NCBI GenBank assembly: GCA_040879725.1 | Contig: JBBDJV010000008.1 | Coordinates: 17,856 to 81,855, forward strand | DNA length: 64,000 bases | From: Minisyncoccota bacterium | GTDB lineage: Bacteria; Patescibacteriota; Minisyncoccia; Phycocordibacterales; GCA-2401445 | Direction: 5' to 3' | Shown: piece by piece, positions 10,353 through 21,001 of the stretch | Layout: every line of letters starts with the position of its first letter | Position numbering within the stretch: the stretch's first letter is position 1 | Notes under the pieces: model-generated | Told to the model about the DNA's origin: nothing | What the model saw: the letters and a program-made list of their open reading frames with translations, nothing else | The model's database searches: none | Program-made: the position numbers and the translations under genes

Positions 10353-11330
10353 TTATCTAAATATTTTACGAAGATTTATTCTGAGTTCTGATTCCGGTAT
10401 GCCAGCATTTTTACCTGCAATAATAGCTCGTACTGTCTGGACGTTGTTTTTCATAGCATTAAAGTAAGCATATTGAGGTGCGATACTCCACAGGTTCATA
10501 CTTTCTCGTTTCAAAAAAGAATGGATGTATTCTTCCGATAGTTTGTCTACAAGCGCAAATGAACTGTTATTTTCATATTCAGTAAGTGCCTGGTCCCAAT
10601 AATCACTTCCGCCGAAACGAGAAAAAAGCTCACGAGGTGAAAGTGATTCAAATACGAAATAGGGGATACTTCCATTGTGCGCAAAAATATCTCTTTGAGT
10701 AACATTCTTAAGTTTTGTAAGACGTAGTTTTGTCTTCAAATTAAATAAATCAGTAAGCAATGTAATGTATGAAAGTATGAAGGTGTTTTTTGTCGTTTTC
10801 GCAAACTCCGCCATCCCATTGAAGTATTCTTTATTCTTTATGGCATCAATTTCATACGAGTCTTTTACTGACTTTGCTTGTTCCACAACCTTGTGTAGAA
10901 AAGGGTGGATAGCCACTAGTGTGCCATCTGTAAATGCATCAAAGAGCTCTTTGGGTGTAAACATACCTGTCTCAAAACACGATGCTAAAATTTCTTCTTC
11001 GGACAATCCCTTCAGTGTACCCTTTATGATGTTTCTTATATTGTAAAAATCGTATTTATACCAGAGGGGAAGGAGAAGGTCAGGGTCGGGTGAAACTGAA
11101 ATCAAATCCTTTTTTGCTTGTGTTACGGCTTTTTCAAGTGACTCATTGATACTTGATGTACTTGCTAGATAGGGCGCTAGAAAAGTATCCTGAAGTGCAT
11201 CCATTATTTCACTTTCATTTCTTGCTCCAAAAAGCCTCTCAATCTGATTTTCTGATATAAGAGAAAACATCCGAGCAGTAGTGTATGCTCCGGCAAAAAG
11301 GTAGCTTGATTGTGAAGGGAATGTTTTCAT
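10353..11330 (-). CDS. ntpC: V/A-type ATPase subunit C (d)
   Basis: YDFYNIRNIIKG, DLFNLKTKLR and NVQTVRAIIAGK repeats; operon position. Confidence 0.88.
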   Translation of the reverse strand: MKTFPSQSSYLFAGAYTTARMFSLISENQIERLFGARNESEIMDALQDTFLAPYLASTSSINESLEKAVTQAKKDLISVSPDPDLLLPLWYKYDFYNIRNIIKGTLKGLSEEEILASCFETGMFTPKELFDAFTDGTLVAIHPFLHKVVEQAKSVKDSYEIDAIKNKEYFNGMAEFAKTTKNTFILSYITLLTDLFNLKTKLRLTKLKNVTQRDIFAHNGSIPYFVFESLSPRELFSRFGGSDYWDQALTEYENNSSFALVDKLSEEYIHSFLKRESMNLWSIAPQYAYFNAMKNNVQTVRAIIAGKNAGIPESELRINLRKIFR

Positions 11331-11893
11331 TATGAGAATAGTAATTTCGCTATCACTACATTCTTCTTGATTTTAATATCCTTTAGAATTCGCTCTAGTG
11401 TCAGGTCAACGAAAAAAGTTTTTCCTTCTAGAGCAAGGCCTGCAGAAAAAGAAGCTTCTTTCATTTCAGAAAGAGTAATGTTGATTTTCTGTAAAACTTT
11501 TTTAGTAATCTGAGTTCGCTTTGCTGGGCAATAGCAAACTACCGGTTCGTTAATTACTACTCCCGCTAAAATATTGGTGAGAAATTTTTCATATTCATCT
11601 TCGTCTGAAGAGAGTAATACCTTTTCTGCTTCTGAATAAACAGACTGAAGTAACTTCGTCTTTTCTCGTTCAAGTGAGATTTTTGATTCTTGAATAGCGG
11701 AATTTCTAACCTTAGCACCAGTCTGTTCAAGGATTGTGCTAGTTTCAATATCGAAGCTGTTTTCGAGCTCTGTAATATCACTATCGCACTTCTTCGAAAT
11801 TTCAAAAGCTTTATTTTTAGCCTCATCTAAAATTTTCTCAGATTCTGCAGAACCAACCGCTTCGATATGTTTTGTAATATCTTGAAGCGTCAT
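11330..11893 (-). CDS. ntpE: V/A-type ATPase subunit E
   Basis: N-terminal coiled coil, C-terminal AGLAL...VDLTLE...IAKLLF; lies between K and C. Confidence 0.82.
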   Translation of the reverse strand: MTLQDITKHIEAVGSAESEKILDEAKNKAFEISKKCDSDITELENSFDIETSTILEQTGAKVRNSAIQESKISLEREKTKLLQSVYSEAEKVLLSSDEDEYEKFLTNILAGVVINEPVVCYCPAKRTQITKKVLQKINITLSEMKEASFSAGLALEGKTFFVDLTLERILKDIKIKKNVVIAKLLFS

Positions 11894-11896
11894 ATA

Positions 11897-12397
<501 letters not shown>

Positions 12398-12448
12398 TTA
12401 CTAAATAAAACTTACTAATAAATAATTACAAACATATTACCGGCTTCG

Positions 12449-14389
12449 TCACTCTATATTTACGAAGCGGGGAACACGTTTGAATACACGAAACTCTTTT
12501 CCTGTGTCGACGATAAATTTACTGAAGAATTCAACGAATTGCAAACGCGCGCTATGAATGAATGCACCAAGGATGTTAACCGTTAAATTAAAGAGGTGGC
12601 CGACAATAATTATGACAACGGCGACTGCTCCTCCAACAAAAGGAATTATTTCACCTATAAGTGACGCAATCAGGTTTACCGAGAAGGCCAAAGCGCTCGT
12701 CGCGAGTCCAAGGGCGAGGATACGTGAGTAGGAAAGGATGTCTGAAAAGTAATTTATTGAATCATACAAACTCATGACACCCTTAAATGCCTTTGAGAAA
12801 ATATTTTTTTCATGTCGTCCTTGGGTAATAATAAGTAACCCGACACCAACATAGAGCAGGTACGTATAGAATTGAGGGCTTCCTGCCGTGATTATACCAA
12901 ATGATTTCAGAGTGAAAAGAATTACTGCGGTAAATAGAAACAGCCATGGTCCATGCCCAATGATTCCATCGAGGAGGTTGTTATTCTTCCATTCGCGTAC
13001 AATTCTAAGTGTTATCCCGAACATTATCTGTAGCACTCCAAGTGCGAGTGATAGGAAGAGTACCGGAAGGGGATTGAGTACTGGGTTAAATGTCTGAATT
13101 TTTTGCGTCCAAGAAGGGAGAAGTGCCGTGTCTATTCCCAAATATCCTCCGAAGAGCAATCCTGCCAAAGAAGAGGCAAGTCCTCCTAAGAATAGAAGCA
13201 GGACAAATGGTCTGTTATCTCTCGGTAGTCTAAAGAAGGCAAGGAGAGAACCGGTAAGTATCATTACAAAGATTCCATATCCAACATCAGTTAAACAAAG
13301 TCCGAAGAAAATGAAGAAGAATGCAGATAGGAAAAGGGTAGGGTCGAGGTCGTTATACCCTGGAAGTCCGTAAAGCCGTGTAATTGTCTCAAATGGTTTA
13401 ATGAGCCAGTTATTCTCAATTTCAGTTGGAGGAATTTCTCCTTCACTAAGTGGTATTTCCTCTATGGCAAATAACCGTGTGTGCTTTGATATTTTTTCTT
13501 CAAGGTAAGGGATTTGTCGTTCTTTGATCCACCCTTCAAATACAAGCACAGAGTTTGTATGAAATGCATTATGTCCTACTTCATATCTCTCTTTTTTCCA
13601 GCGCAAGTAATCAGAAAGTTGTTTTAACTTATTTCTGTAGATGACATATTCTTGTATTTTATTTTTTGTCTTTTCTTCCAATTTATCGAGTTCAAGTAAG
13701 GAAGAATCAATTAGCTCAAGCTCTTTTTGAATACTGTGCGGTAAAGAGGGAAGGGTAACTTCTTCAGTTCCAGAAGATTTAATAATTTCAGAAACAATTT
13801 CTTTTTTCTCTTTAAGTACAACAAGTACATGCGCGTATTTTGAAACCTCTTCATAGTGATGCAGTATGCCGTTCTCTGTGAGAAGTGAGGACAGGTACTT
13901 TTTTGTTGCATCATTCCCAATTACGAAAAATGAAAATGTATACACTGAAGTGGCGCTTGCTTGAGCTGATGCCGAATAGTTTTTCCAAGGGGTGAGTAGC
14001 TCCTTCTTTTCAAGTAGTGAGGCACGTTCTGTTTTGCAAACATTGAGCGTTTTTTCTATGTCTTGTATTTCATTAACTATAGTGTGATAAGAGAAATTTT
14101 TCTCTAGATCAGAGCATTCCTCATCGGTTGTCGTTATGAAATTACCCTCAAGCTTTCTCTTGAAAGAAATTTTTTCAGGCAAGTGGGTATCCAGGAATGA
14201 TAGAGCAAAGTTAATAGAACTAAGCTCTCTGTTGTAATCAAACTCTGTTTGAGAATATTTTTCAAGGTTTTCTTTATTCTGTACTTCCTCAAAAGCGAGC
14301 GATCCTGATTTCTGTAGTTCCTTTAGGACTACATCTCGATCGTTTTTATGAAGAAGTAATTGAATTTTTTTTAGAGCAACAACAGCCAT
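12449..14389 (-). CDS. ntpI: V/A-type ATPase subunit I (a)
   Basis: PPT..EN...KPFE, DPT...FFFIFFG...DVGYG, DILSYSRILALGL, HSARLQFVEFF. Start at ATG 14389. Confidence 0.95.
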   Translation of the reverse strand: MAVVALKKIQLLLHKNDRDVVLKELQKSGSLAFEEVQNKENLEKYSQTEFDYNRELSSINFALSFLDTHLPEKISFKRKLEGNFITTTDEECSDLEKNFSYHTIVNEIQDIEKTLNVCKTERASLLEKKELLTPWKNYSASAQASATSVYTFSFFVIGNDATKKYLSSLLTENGILHHYEEVSKYAHVLVVLKEKKEIVSEIIKSSGTEEVTLPSLPHSIQKELELIDSSLLELDKLEEKTKNKIQEYVIYRNKLKQLSDYLRWKKERYEVGHNAFHTNSVLVFEGWIKERQIPYLEEKISKHTRLFAIEEIPLSEGEIPPTEIENNWLIKPFETITRLYGLPGYNDLDPTLFLSAFFFIFFGLCLTDVGYGIFVMILTGSLLAFFRLPRDNRPFVLLLFLGGLASSLAGLLFGGYLGIDTALLPSWTQKIQTFNPVLNPLPVLFLSLALGVLQIMFGITLRIVREWKNNNLLDGIIGHGPWLFLFTAVILFTLKSFGIITAGSPQFYTYLLYVGVGLLIITQGRHEKNIFSKAFKGVMSLYDSINYFSDILSYSRILALGLATSALAFSVNLIASLIGEIIPFVGGAVAVVIIIVGHLFNLTVNILGAFIHSARLQFVEFFSKFIVDTGKEFRVFKRVPRFVNIE

Positions 14390-14393
14390 AATA

Positions 14394-14693
14394 TTACAAA
14401 AGTTCTTTAAGAATAAGTGCAGTTGCGCTACCTTTTTCTTTTTCCGCTTTTGCAATTATTTTTTCTTTTTGAGTTTCTGCGTCGAGGAGGATTTTTCGGT
14501 ACTCTTGCTTATAGATTTGCTTTTGTTCCTCAATTCTTTCTGATCGTTTTTTTAACAATTCTGCTTTTTTGTCTGATAGACGAGTTTCGGCGTCAATTTT
14601 AGCCTTAGCGACAATACTCCCCGCTTGTATACGGGTATCCTCGATTTTCTTTGCTACCGCTTGCTCTGTTTGTAAAATGGTTTCTGTATGCAT
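14394..14693 (-). CDS. V/A-type ATPase peripheral stalk subunit G/H
   Basis: 99-aa charged coiled coil, first gene of the operon, directly upstream of subunit I. Confidence 0.75.
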   Translation of the reverse strand: MHTETILQTEQAVAKKIEDTRIQAGSIVAKAKIDAETRLSDKKAELLKKRSERIEEQKQIYKQEYRKILLDAETQKEKIIAKAEKEKGSATALILKELL

Positions 14694-14717
14694 ATAGTTT
14701 TGATGAAAACACGGGGA

Positions 14718-14726
14718 ATTATAGCA
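14718..14726 (-). promoter_or_regulatory. Extended -10 promoter of the V-ATPase operon
   Basis: Minus strand TGCTATAAT, 24 nt upstream of ATG 14693. Confidence 0.6.
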
Positions 14727-14791
14727 ACAATTAAGTCTTTTGGAAAGGGCTATATTTTTTCGGTAGGGAAATATGTGGTATAGTGGTAAGT

Positions 14792-15016
14792 ATGAAAAAG
14801 CTATATTTATCAAAAGACAATAAAAAATTCCTTGGGGTGTGTGCAGGAATAGCAAAGTACTTTGACCTCGACCCAACCCTTATTAGGGTTCTCTTTGTGG
14901 TATTGGCACTAGTTACGGTTGTTATGCCTATGGTTATAGCCTATTTTATCCTTTATTTCGTACTTCCTGAGGATCCGGGTAACCGAAGTATGCTTTCCCG
15001 AAAGCCTCACGCGTAA
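14792..15016 (+). CDS. PspC domain membrane protein
   Basis: KKLYLSKDNKKFLGVCAGIAKYFDLDPTLIRVLF...AYFI. Confidence 0.9.
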   Translation: MKKLYLSKDNKKFLGVCAGIAKYFDLDPTLIRVLFVVLALVTVVMPMVIAYFILYFVLPEDPGNRSMLSRKPHA

Positions 15017-15035
15017 GGTGTGATGCTATAAATCC

Positions 15036-15347
15036 ATGGAAACCCCTCGTTTTTCAAAGAGAGTAGAGGACTTTGTTTGTGATAATTGCGGCAAAGAGGT
15101 TGTTGGTAATGGCTACCGAAACCATTGTCCGTTCTGTTTGTACGGAAAGCACGTTGATGTACTCCCGGGCGACCGATTAAGTGCCTGCAAGGGTACTATG
15201 AAGCCAATAGACGTAGAATTAAAGGGAAGTATAGAAAGAATTCGCTTTAAATGTATCAGTTGTGGTCATGAATTTGTAAATAAGGTAGCAGAGGATGATA
15301 ATCGCGATATTCTAGCTAATTTAAGCATTGCAAAAGGGCTTAAATAG
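15036..15347 (+). CDS. RNHCP domain protein
   Basis: FVCDNCG...YRNHCPFCLYGKHVD..PGDR...C. Confidence 0.9.
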   Translation: METPRFSKRVEDFVCDNCGKEVVGNGYRNHCPFCLYGKHVDVLPGDRLSACKGTMKPIDVELKGSIERIRFKCISCGHEFVNKVAEDDNRDILANLSIAKGLK

Positions 15348-15391
15348 CCTTATTTAAAGCCACTATATCGCAAAAAAGCCACTATAAATAC

Positions 15392-15421
15392 TTGACAGAT
15401 AGGTACTATTTATGCTATAGT
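15392..15421 (+). promoter_or_regulatory. Sigma70-type promoter for the transglycosylase gene
   Basis: TTGACA-N18-TATAGT with TG extended -10. Confidence 0.7.
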
Positions 15422-15451
15422 AGGTACATGAACATTTAAGTTCATATATCT

Positions 15452-15904
15452 ATGTCAATAATTACATTAGCTACATTTATTACGTTGTCACTGTTTGGAT
15501 CATCTACGAGCGATTTTGTTATCAATCATGATACATCAGTAACAGAGGCGTCGTATATTGAAAGAACAAGACTAAAAGAACGTACTGCCGAAGAGCTTAA
15601 AAAGGAAACACTAGAAGCACTCTTTACTGAGTTTAAAGATGTACCAAGCATGATTGCTGTTGCTCGATGTGAATCAAGCTTCAGGCACTACAATCCGGAT
15701 GGTACAGTACTCAGAGGTAGGGTTGATTCCAGAGACATTGGTCTAATGCAGATCAATGAATTCTATCACGGAGAAAAGGCAAGTGAGCTTGGAATCGACA
15801 TTATGTCTCTTGAAGGTAATATGAAGTACGCACGGTACCTCTATGAAAATCAAGGATTGTCACCATGGGGAGCCTCAAAGATGTGTTGGGAAAAATACAT
15901 TTAA
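15452..15904 (+). CDS. Secreted lytic transglycosylase (SLT/lysozyme-like)
   Basis: Signal-like N-terminus, ARCES catalytic Glu motif, GLMQIN, GNxxYAxxLY, PW. Confidence 0.82.
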   Translation: MSIITLATFITLSLFGSSTSDFVINHDTSVTEASYIERTRLKERTAEELKKETLEALFTEFKDVPSMIAVARCESSFRHYNPDGTVLRGRVDSRDIGLMQINEFYHGEKASELGIDIMSLEGNMKYARYLYENQGLSPWGASKMCWEKYI

Positions 15905-15920
15905 TAAAAATAAAAAGTAA

Positions 15921-15959
15921 AAATAAAATCCGCATCCACTGTGATGCGGATTTTATTTT
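15921..15959 (+). terminator. Intrinsic terminator (probably bidirectional)
   Basis: AAATAAAATCCGCATC-CACTGT-GATGCGGATTTTATTT. Confidence 0.85.
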
Positions 15960-16059
15960 GATGCAGTTGGAAGGGGTAGGGTTTATAAATAAAAATAAAA
16001 GTCCCAAATACTTAGTACTGGATTAAGTGTAATTTAGCCCTATAGGGAAGTTTAGCTGT

Positions 16060-16087
16060 ATGTCGCACAATATATCTTTTGCGACAT
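16060..16087. other. dif-like 11-6-11 site (candidate Xer recombination site)
   Basis: ATGTCGCACAA-TATATC-TTTTGCGACAT; arms are 10/11 symmetric around an AT-rich 6-bp spacer, with no U-tract. Confidence 0.5.
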
Positions 16088-16128
16088 AGAGTTTGTTTAA
16101 TACGCTTTAGGATAAAGAAATCCTGCAT

Positions 16129-17436
16129 TTATATCTTTGGAAGATAGTCTAGCGGGTCTAAGTACGCGCTTGTTGCAGCCGCTGGTGTGGTTAGCCCTCC
16201 GCATGCAGTTGTTGTTCGGATACTTTCAAATGGCACTATGTCCACACCTTCAGTTGCGTACACTGTAAAGTGCAAATGAGGTCCGGTACTGAAGCCGGTA
16301 TTTCCTGTGTAACCGATAGTGTCTCCAGTTGAAACAGTCTCCCCTGTTTTTACGTTTATAGAAGACAAGTGAGCATACAAGGTTGAGAGTCCATTTGGAT
16401 GCGTTATAAGTATCCATTTACCCCAAGAGTAACATCCTTTTTTTGCATCGGTATTTCCGGTTCCACTAACAACGCCTGACAGTGGTGCACTTAGTTTTGT
16501 TCCAATAGGTGCCGCAAGGTCAACTCCTGGATGGTATGCGCGTCCACCGTAGATACTTGGGTTCTTTTTAGCGAATTCACTGTTCCCAAAGAGTTGAGTT
16601 ATCCTAATAGATGCTAGTGGCCAACGGAATACTGTAGTTCCCGGTGTAGGGATAGATGTTGGATCAAGTATGAACTTTAGCTGTGCTTCGAACTCTTGCA
16701 ACTCTCTTTCAAATCGAGCCTTCTGCGCAATTTTCTCATTTAGTATTTTTTGGTACTCGGATTCCTTATTTTCAGTTTGTTCCAGTAAAGAACTTTTTTC
16801 TGATTTTGTGTACAGTACCGCTTCCTTTTGACCTCCAAGTTCACCTCTAAGGCTTGAAAGTTGGTTTTTGCTTGCTATAAGCTGTGCTTTTTTACTTTCC
16901 AGGTCGTCTTTAAAAAATCTTAGACTTGAAAGATTTTCACTAAGTTTTGCTTGGAATTGTGAAATAGAGTCAAAACCAGACCAAAAGTCTGAAAGCGTAT
17001 CGTACTGCAAGAGTAGCTCAATAATTGAGTAATTATCTGCCTCGTTTATTTTTACAATACTTTCAGTCAGAGCAGTCTCAGCTTTATAAATGTCTGCAAG
17101 CTTGAAGCCAATTTCAAAATTGAGTTTTTCGATCGTATCGTTTGATTGGTTTATTTTCACTTCAGTTAGTCTAATATCATTTTCAAGCTTTCTCTCTGAA
17201 AGCTCCAAAGTCTGCACGGTATTCTGAAGAGACATTTTCTCTTTTTGTACAAGAGTTATTTCCCTTTGTTGTCGTTCAATTTCTTCTTCAAGTTTCTGAA
17301 TCAAACTACCCCGTTCCTCTATTTTATTTATTAAATCATTTGCGTTCTGAGCTGAGGCAGATATAAAAAACACCAATGATATTACTATGGACAAAAGAAC
17401 GTAAAAAGATACTTTAAGTACTGATTTTGATTGCAT
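16129..17436 (-). CDS. Secreted coiled-coil M23 peptidase (EnvC/CwlO-like murein hydrolase)
   Basis: Signal peptide, long coiled coil, HPGVD and TGPHLHF zinc motifs, YAHLS. Confidence 0.9.
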   Translation of the reverse strand: MQSKSVLKVSFYVLLSIVISLVFFISASAQNANDLINKIEERGSLIQKLEEEIERQQREITLVQKEKMSLQNTVQTLELSERKLENDIRLTEVKINQSNDTIEKLNFEIGFKLADIYKAETALTESIVKINEADNYSIIELLLQYDTLSDFWSGFDSISQFQAKLSENLSSLRFFKDDLESKKAQLIASKNQLSSLRGELGGQKEAVLYTKSEKSSLLEQTENKESEYQKILNEKIAQKARFERELQEFEAQLKFILDPTSIPTPGTTVFRWPLASIRITQLFGNSEFAKKNPSIYGGRAYHPGVDLAAPIGTKLSAPLSGVVSGTGNTDAKKGCYSWGKWILITHPNGLSTLYAHLSSINVKTGETVSTGDTIGYTGNTGFSTGPHLHFTVYATEGVDIVPFESIRTTTACGGLTTPAAATSAYLDPLDYLPKI

Positions 17437-18775
17437 GAGAAATTCGTTTTAACGTTTCCTGCTTGCCAATAATCTCAGCTACCGTAAATGGATCTGGAGA
17501 TTTTTCTTTTCCAGTAAGAGCTACCCGAAGCGGCCAGAGCACCTCTCCCCTACCATTTTCTGTTGCGTATCCCCACAGGGCTTCCTTTACACTATTTGCA
17601 TTAAAGCGACTTGTGGTAACTGATTCAAGTAGCTCGCTTACCCTCTCGAGGTGAAGCACTGTGTGTTCACTGTTTTGCTCTTTGAAAGTTAAAATTTTCT
17701 TACTGTATTCTGGTGCCTCAAAAAAGTAAGAGAAAAATTTACCTGAGTACAAATGTGGAATATCTGAAAACTTTTTTATTTCTCTTTCAGAAAGTACAGT
17801 AATAACTTTCTTCATTTTTTCTTCAGAATAATCTTTATGATTTCTTAATTCTGAAGGTATGAAAGGAAGTGCTCTTTCATACCGAGATGTACTTGAAAGG
17901 AGTCTAATATGCTCGCTGTTGTACCAAAGTAATTTTTCTTTATTCCAGATAGCACCCCCCTTCTGTATTCCCCCCAGTTCAAAGGCTTCAATAATCTCAT
18001 CAGACTTCATAACCTCTCTTTCATCTCCCGGATTCCAACCCAAAAACGCCAAGTGGTTTATAACTGCTTCGGGAAGAAAACCATCATCACGTAATGAGGT
18101 AATAGGTTCAGCTCCGTGCCTTTTTGAAAGCTTTGATCTATCAGGACCTAAAATAAGCGGAATATGAGCGTAGATTGGACGAGGTGCGCCAAGTGCCTCC
18201 TGAATAAGTATTTGGCGTGGAGTGTTTGAAATACCATCCTCTCCGCGTATAACGTGTGTTATACCCATTTCAAAGTCATCCACTACAACCGCCAGATGGT
18301 AAAGGGGTTCGGTAATACTTTTAGCAATAACAAAGTCCTCCAGGTCAGTAGTATCAAAAGAAATTTCTCTACGTATTGCGTCCGTGAAAGTAACAACTTT
18401 ATTTGGGTTCTTGAACCGTACAACCTCTACTTCACTTCCATCACCTGATTTTGCTTGCTCACGTGAGATATACGCATTTCCCGATTCAATAAGTGAGTGT
18501 ATGTGGCGCGTGTATAATTCCTTTCTTTCTGACTGCCTAAAAAAAGAATCATACTCTATTCCAAGCCAAGATAAACCTTCAATAATATTTTCCTCAAAAT
18601 GTTTTTCTGAGCGCTCAAGATCAGTGTCTTCAATTCTGAGTACCAGCGTCCCTTTCATTTTTTTTGCAAACAAGTAATTGAAAAGTGCGGTGCGTGCGCT
18701 TCCTACATGAAGAAAGCCTGTTGGACTCGGTGCAAATCTTACAACTATTTTTTTATCAGTTTCTTGTGTGTTCAT
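17414..18775 (-). CDS. gltX: Glutamate--tRNA ligase
   Basis: RFAPSPTGFLHVG, LRIEDTD, ITHVIRGED, KLSKRHG. Confidence 0.97.
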   Translation of the reverse strand: MNTQETDKKIVVRFAPSPTGFLHVGSARTALFNYLFAKKMKGTLVLRIEDTDLERSEKHFEENIIEGLSWLGIEYDSFFRQSERKELYTRHIHSLIESGNAYISREQAKSGDGSEVEVVRFKNPNKVVTFTDAIRREISFDTTDLEDFVIAKSITEPLYHLAVVVDDFEMGITHVIRGEDGISNTPRQILIQEALGAPRPIYAHIPLILGPDRSKLSKRHGAEPITSLRDDGFLPEAVINHLAFLGWNPGDEREVMKSDEIIEAFELGGIQKGGAIWNKEKLLWYNSEHIRLLSSTSRYERALPFIPSELRNHKDYSEEKMKKVITVLSEREIKKFSDIPHLYSGKFFSYFFEAPEYSKKILTFKEQNSEHTVLHLERVSELLESVTTSRFNANSVKEALWGYATENGRGEVLWPLRVALTGKEKSPDPFTVAEIIGKQETLKRISHAIKIST

Positions 18776-18781
18776 GTAGTA

Positions 18782-19906
18782 TTAGTGAGCTATAGCGACA
18801 CGGATAAGTTCTTGAGCGATAAGTTCTGCTGCGTGCGGACGAGAAAAGTCCTTTGCTGCGAGCTTCATGCTTTCCTTTAATTTTGAGTCTGAAATAATTC
18901 TTCGAATCTCTGCTACTACAATGTTAGGACTAAGGTTAACTTCTTCAATAACGTGCCCTGCCCCACTTCGCGCATAAGCATAGGCATTTTTTCTCTGGTG
19001 ATCTCCATTTGATTTTGATATAGGAACTATAATAGATGGAAGTTGCCATTGCGCTACTTCAAAGAGGGTTGAACCTGCGCGGGTAATCACCACGTCGGCA
19101 ACACCTGCGGCGTACTTCATGTCGAGTACCGGTAAGTAAGCAAATTGGTGGTATCGTTTCTTCTCAGGCACTGAGTGAAGAATAACATCAGAAAGACTTT
19201 TAGTTTCTTCATCATTATTCTTCCCAACTTGGTGTATTACTTGAACTTCAGGCAGCAGTGTCGGCAGTGCGCTAAGTATCGTTTCATTAATTATCTGTGA
19301 ACCTTGTGATCCTCCCAATACCAATAAAACCGGCACATCAGGTTCTAGTTTAAAATGCTCGTGTGCTCCATTTTGCTCTGGGATAAGTAGCTCTTTTCGT
19401 ATTGGATTACCGGTGTGAGCCACGATATTCTTTTTTGGAAAATACTCCACTGCACTCGGGTAAGAAATAGCGATTCTTTTTGCAAAGGAAGCAGCAAATT
19501 TATTCGCTCTTCCAGGCACCGTGTCTGACTCATGAATAACTACCGGAATTCTTAAAATTCGTGCCGCAAACACAACAGGAAAAGAGGTAAAGCTTCCTTT
19601 CGAAAAAACCACGTCGGGATAGACGCTCCATAGTTTTAGTACTGCTTGAAAAGCACCCAGAATTGTTTTAAATACATCGAGAAAATTTAGTAGAGAAAAG
19701 TAAACACGCATCTTCCCAGCTTTGACTTGAACAAAAGTAATATTTCTTTCAAAAAGCATTCGTTCATTATATTTTTCTGGACCAAAGTAAAATAGCTCGG
19801 TAGGTACCAGCTTTTCCTTTTCTTCTATTTCTCTAATGGCATCAGCTACCGCAATAAGTGGGTAGAAATGCCCTCCTGATGAACCTCCGGTTAGTGCAAT
19901 TTTCAT
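18782..19906 (-). CDS. murG: Lipid II GlcNAc transferase MurG
   Basis: GGSSGGHFYP, HESDTVPGRAN, GNPIR, GGSQGS, HQRKNA. Confidence 0.95.
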   Translation of the reverse strand: MKIALTGGSSGGHFYPLIAVADAIREIEEKEKLVPTELFYFGPEKYNERMLFERNITFVQVKAGKMRVYFSLLNFLDVFKTILGAFQAVLKLWSVYPDVVFSKGSFTSFPVVFAARILRIPVVIHESDTVPGRANKFAASFAKRIAISYPSAVEYFPKKNIVAHTGNPIRKELLIPEQNGAHEHFKLEPDVPVLLVLGGSQGSQIINETILSALPTLLPEVQVIHQVGKNNDEETKSLSDVILHSVPEKKRYHQFAYLPVLDMKYAAGVADVVITRAGSTLFEVAQWQLPSIIVPISKSNGDHQRKNAYAYARSGAGHVIEEVNLSPNIVVAEIRRIISDSKLKESMKLAAKDFSRPHAAELIAQELIRVAIAH

Positions 19907-21000
19907 ATACGTTGATATTTAGAAACATTGAGTACAATTCCAAGAGAAGTAAGCGTCACCGCAAGTGCTGTTCCTCCATGACTCACAAAAATGAGAGGCA
20001 TTCCCGATAAGGGAAAAACACCAAGCATTGATGCAATATTAATAAGCGATTGCGACACTATCAGTATAACAATTCCTACCACTAACAGTCCACCAAATAG
20101 ATCTGGTGCGTGTTTTGCAATTCTCAAACCAAGCAACAAAAAAGTGGTAAAAAGTGCCAGCAGTGTTGTGGAGCCAACAAAGCCAAATTCCTCCCCTGCT
20201 ACAGCAAAAATTGAATCTCCTATCGGTTCCGGCAAGTAGCTAAACTTCTGAACGCTTTGCCCGAAACCTCTTCCGAATACCTGCCCCGAGCCGATAGCTA
20301 TTAGTGATTGTTTTACTTGAAAACCAGAGCCTTGGGGGTCACTTAAAGGATTAGCAAATGTCATCACTCTGTCTAAAATGTAAGGTTTCCAAGCCACAAC
20401 AATAGCTGCAAAAACACAAGCTATTACTCCAAGTGTGAGAATGTCTTTCATGTTTGCGCCCGCTGCAATATACATTGATCCGGCGGAGAGACCGATAACA
20501 AGTAGGGTTCCTGCGTCAGGCTCAGCAAGGAGTATGGCAGAGACAAGTCCCATGAGTAGTACAAATGGAATTATTCCATATTTAAAAGAGTGCATTTTTG
20601 ACTTTATGCCGGAAAGCCATGCGCTGAGATAAATAACAAATCCTATTTTCAAAAGCTCTGATGGCTGAAAAGAAAGCGACCCTATAGATATCCAGCGCCT
20701 TGCTCCCCCACTTTCAAATCCTATTCCGGGGACGAATACAAAAAGAGAAACAAAAATTGAAGCTAAAAAAAGATAAAATGCATACCGACGAAGGTTCCTG
20801 TAATGCACTTGCGACATAATAATCAAACCAATCCCTCCAAAAACAAAACCAAACAGTATCTGCCTGCTTATTATATGGGTAAAACTAGCACCATCTCTTG
20901 CGTATAGACCCATTGAGGCGGAAATAAATATAATGAAACCTGCTGCAAGAAGTGCAAGTATCGATGCTAAAAACCAGAAATCTACTCTTCTCTCTTTCAT
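19903..21000 (-). CDS. ftsW: SEDS peptidoglycan polymerase FtsW
   Basis: GARRWI..FQPSE, EPDAG, LPEPIGDSIFAVAGEEFG, GMPLIFVSHGG; lies between mraY and murG. Confidence 0.92.
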   Translation of the reverse strand: MKERRVDFWFLASILALLAAGFIIFISASMGLYARDGASFTHIISRQILFGFVFGGIGLIIMSQVHYRNLRRYAFYLFLASIFVSLFVFVPGIGFESGGARRWISIGSLSFQPSELLKIGFVIYLSAWLSGIKSKMHSFKYGIIPFVLLMGLVSAILLAEPDAGTLLVIGLSAGSMYIAAGANMKDILTLGVIACVFAAIVVAWKPYILDRVMTFANPLSDPQGSGFQVKQSLIAIGSGQVFGRGFGQSVQKFSYLPEPIGDSIFAVAGEEFGFVGSTTLLALFTTFLLLGLRIAKHAPDLFGGLLVVGIVILIVSQSLINIASMLGVFPLSGMPLIFVSHGGTALAVTLTSLGIVLNVSKYQRI

Positions 21001-21001
21001 A

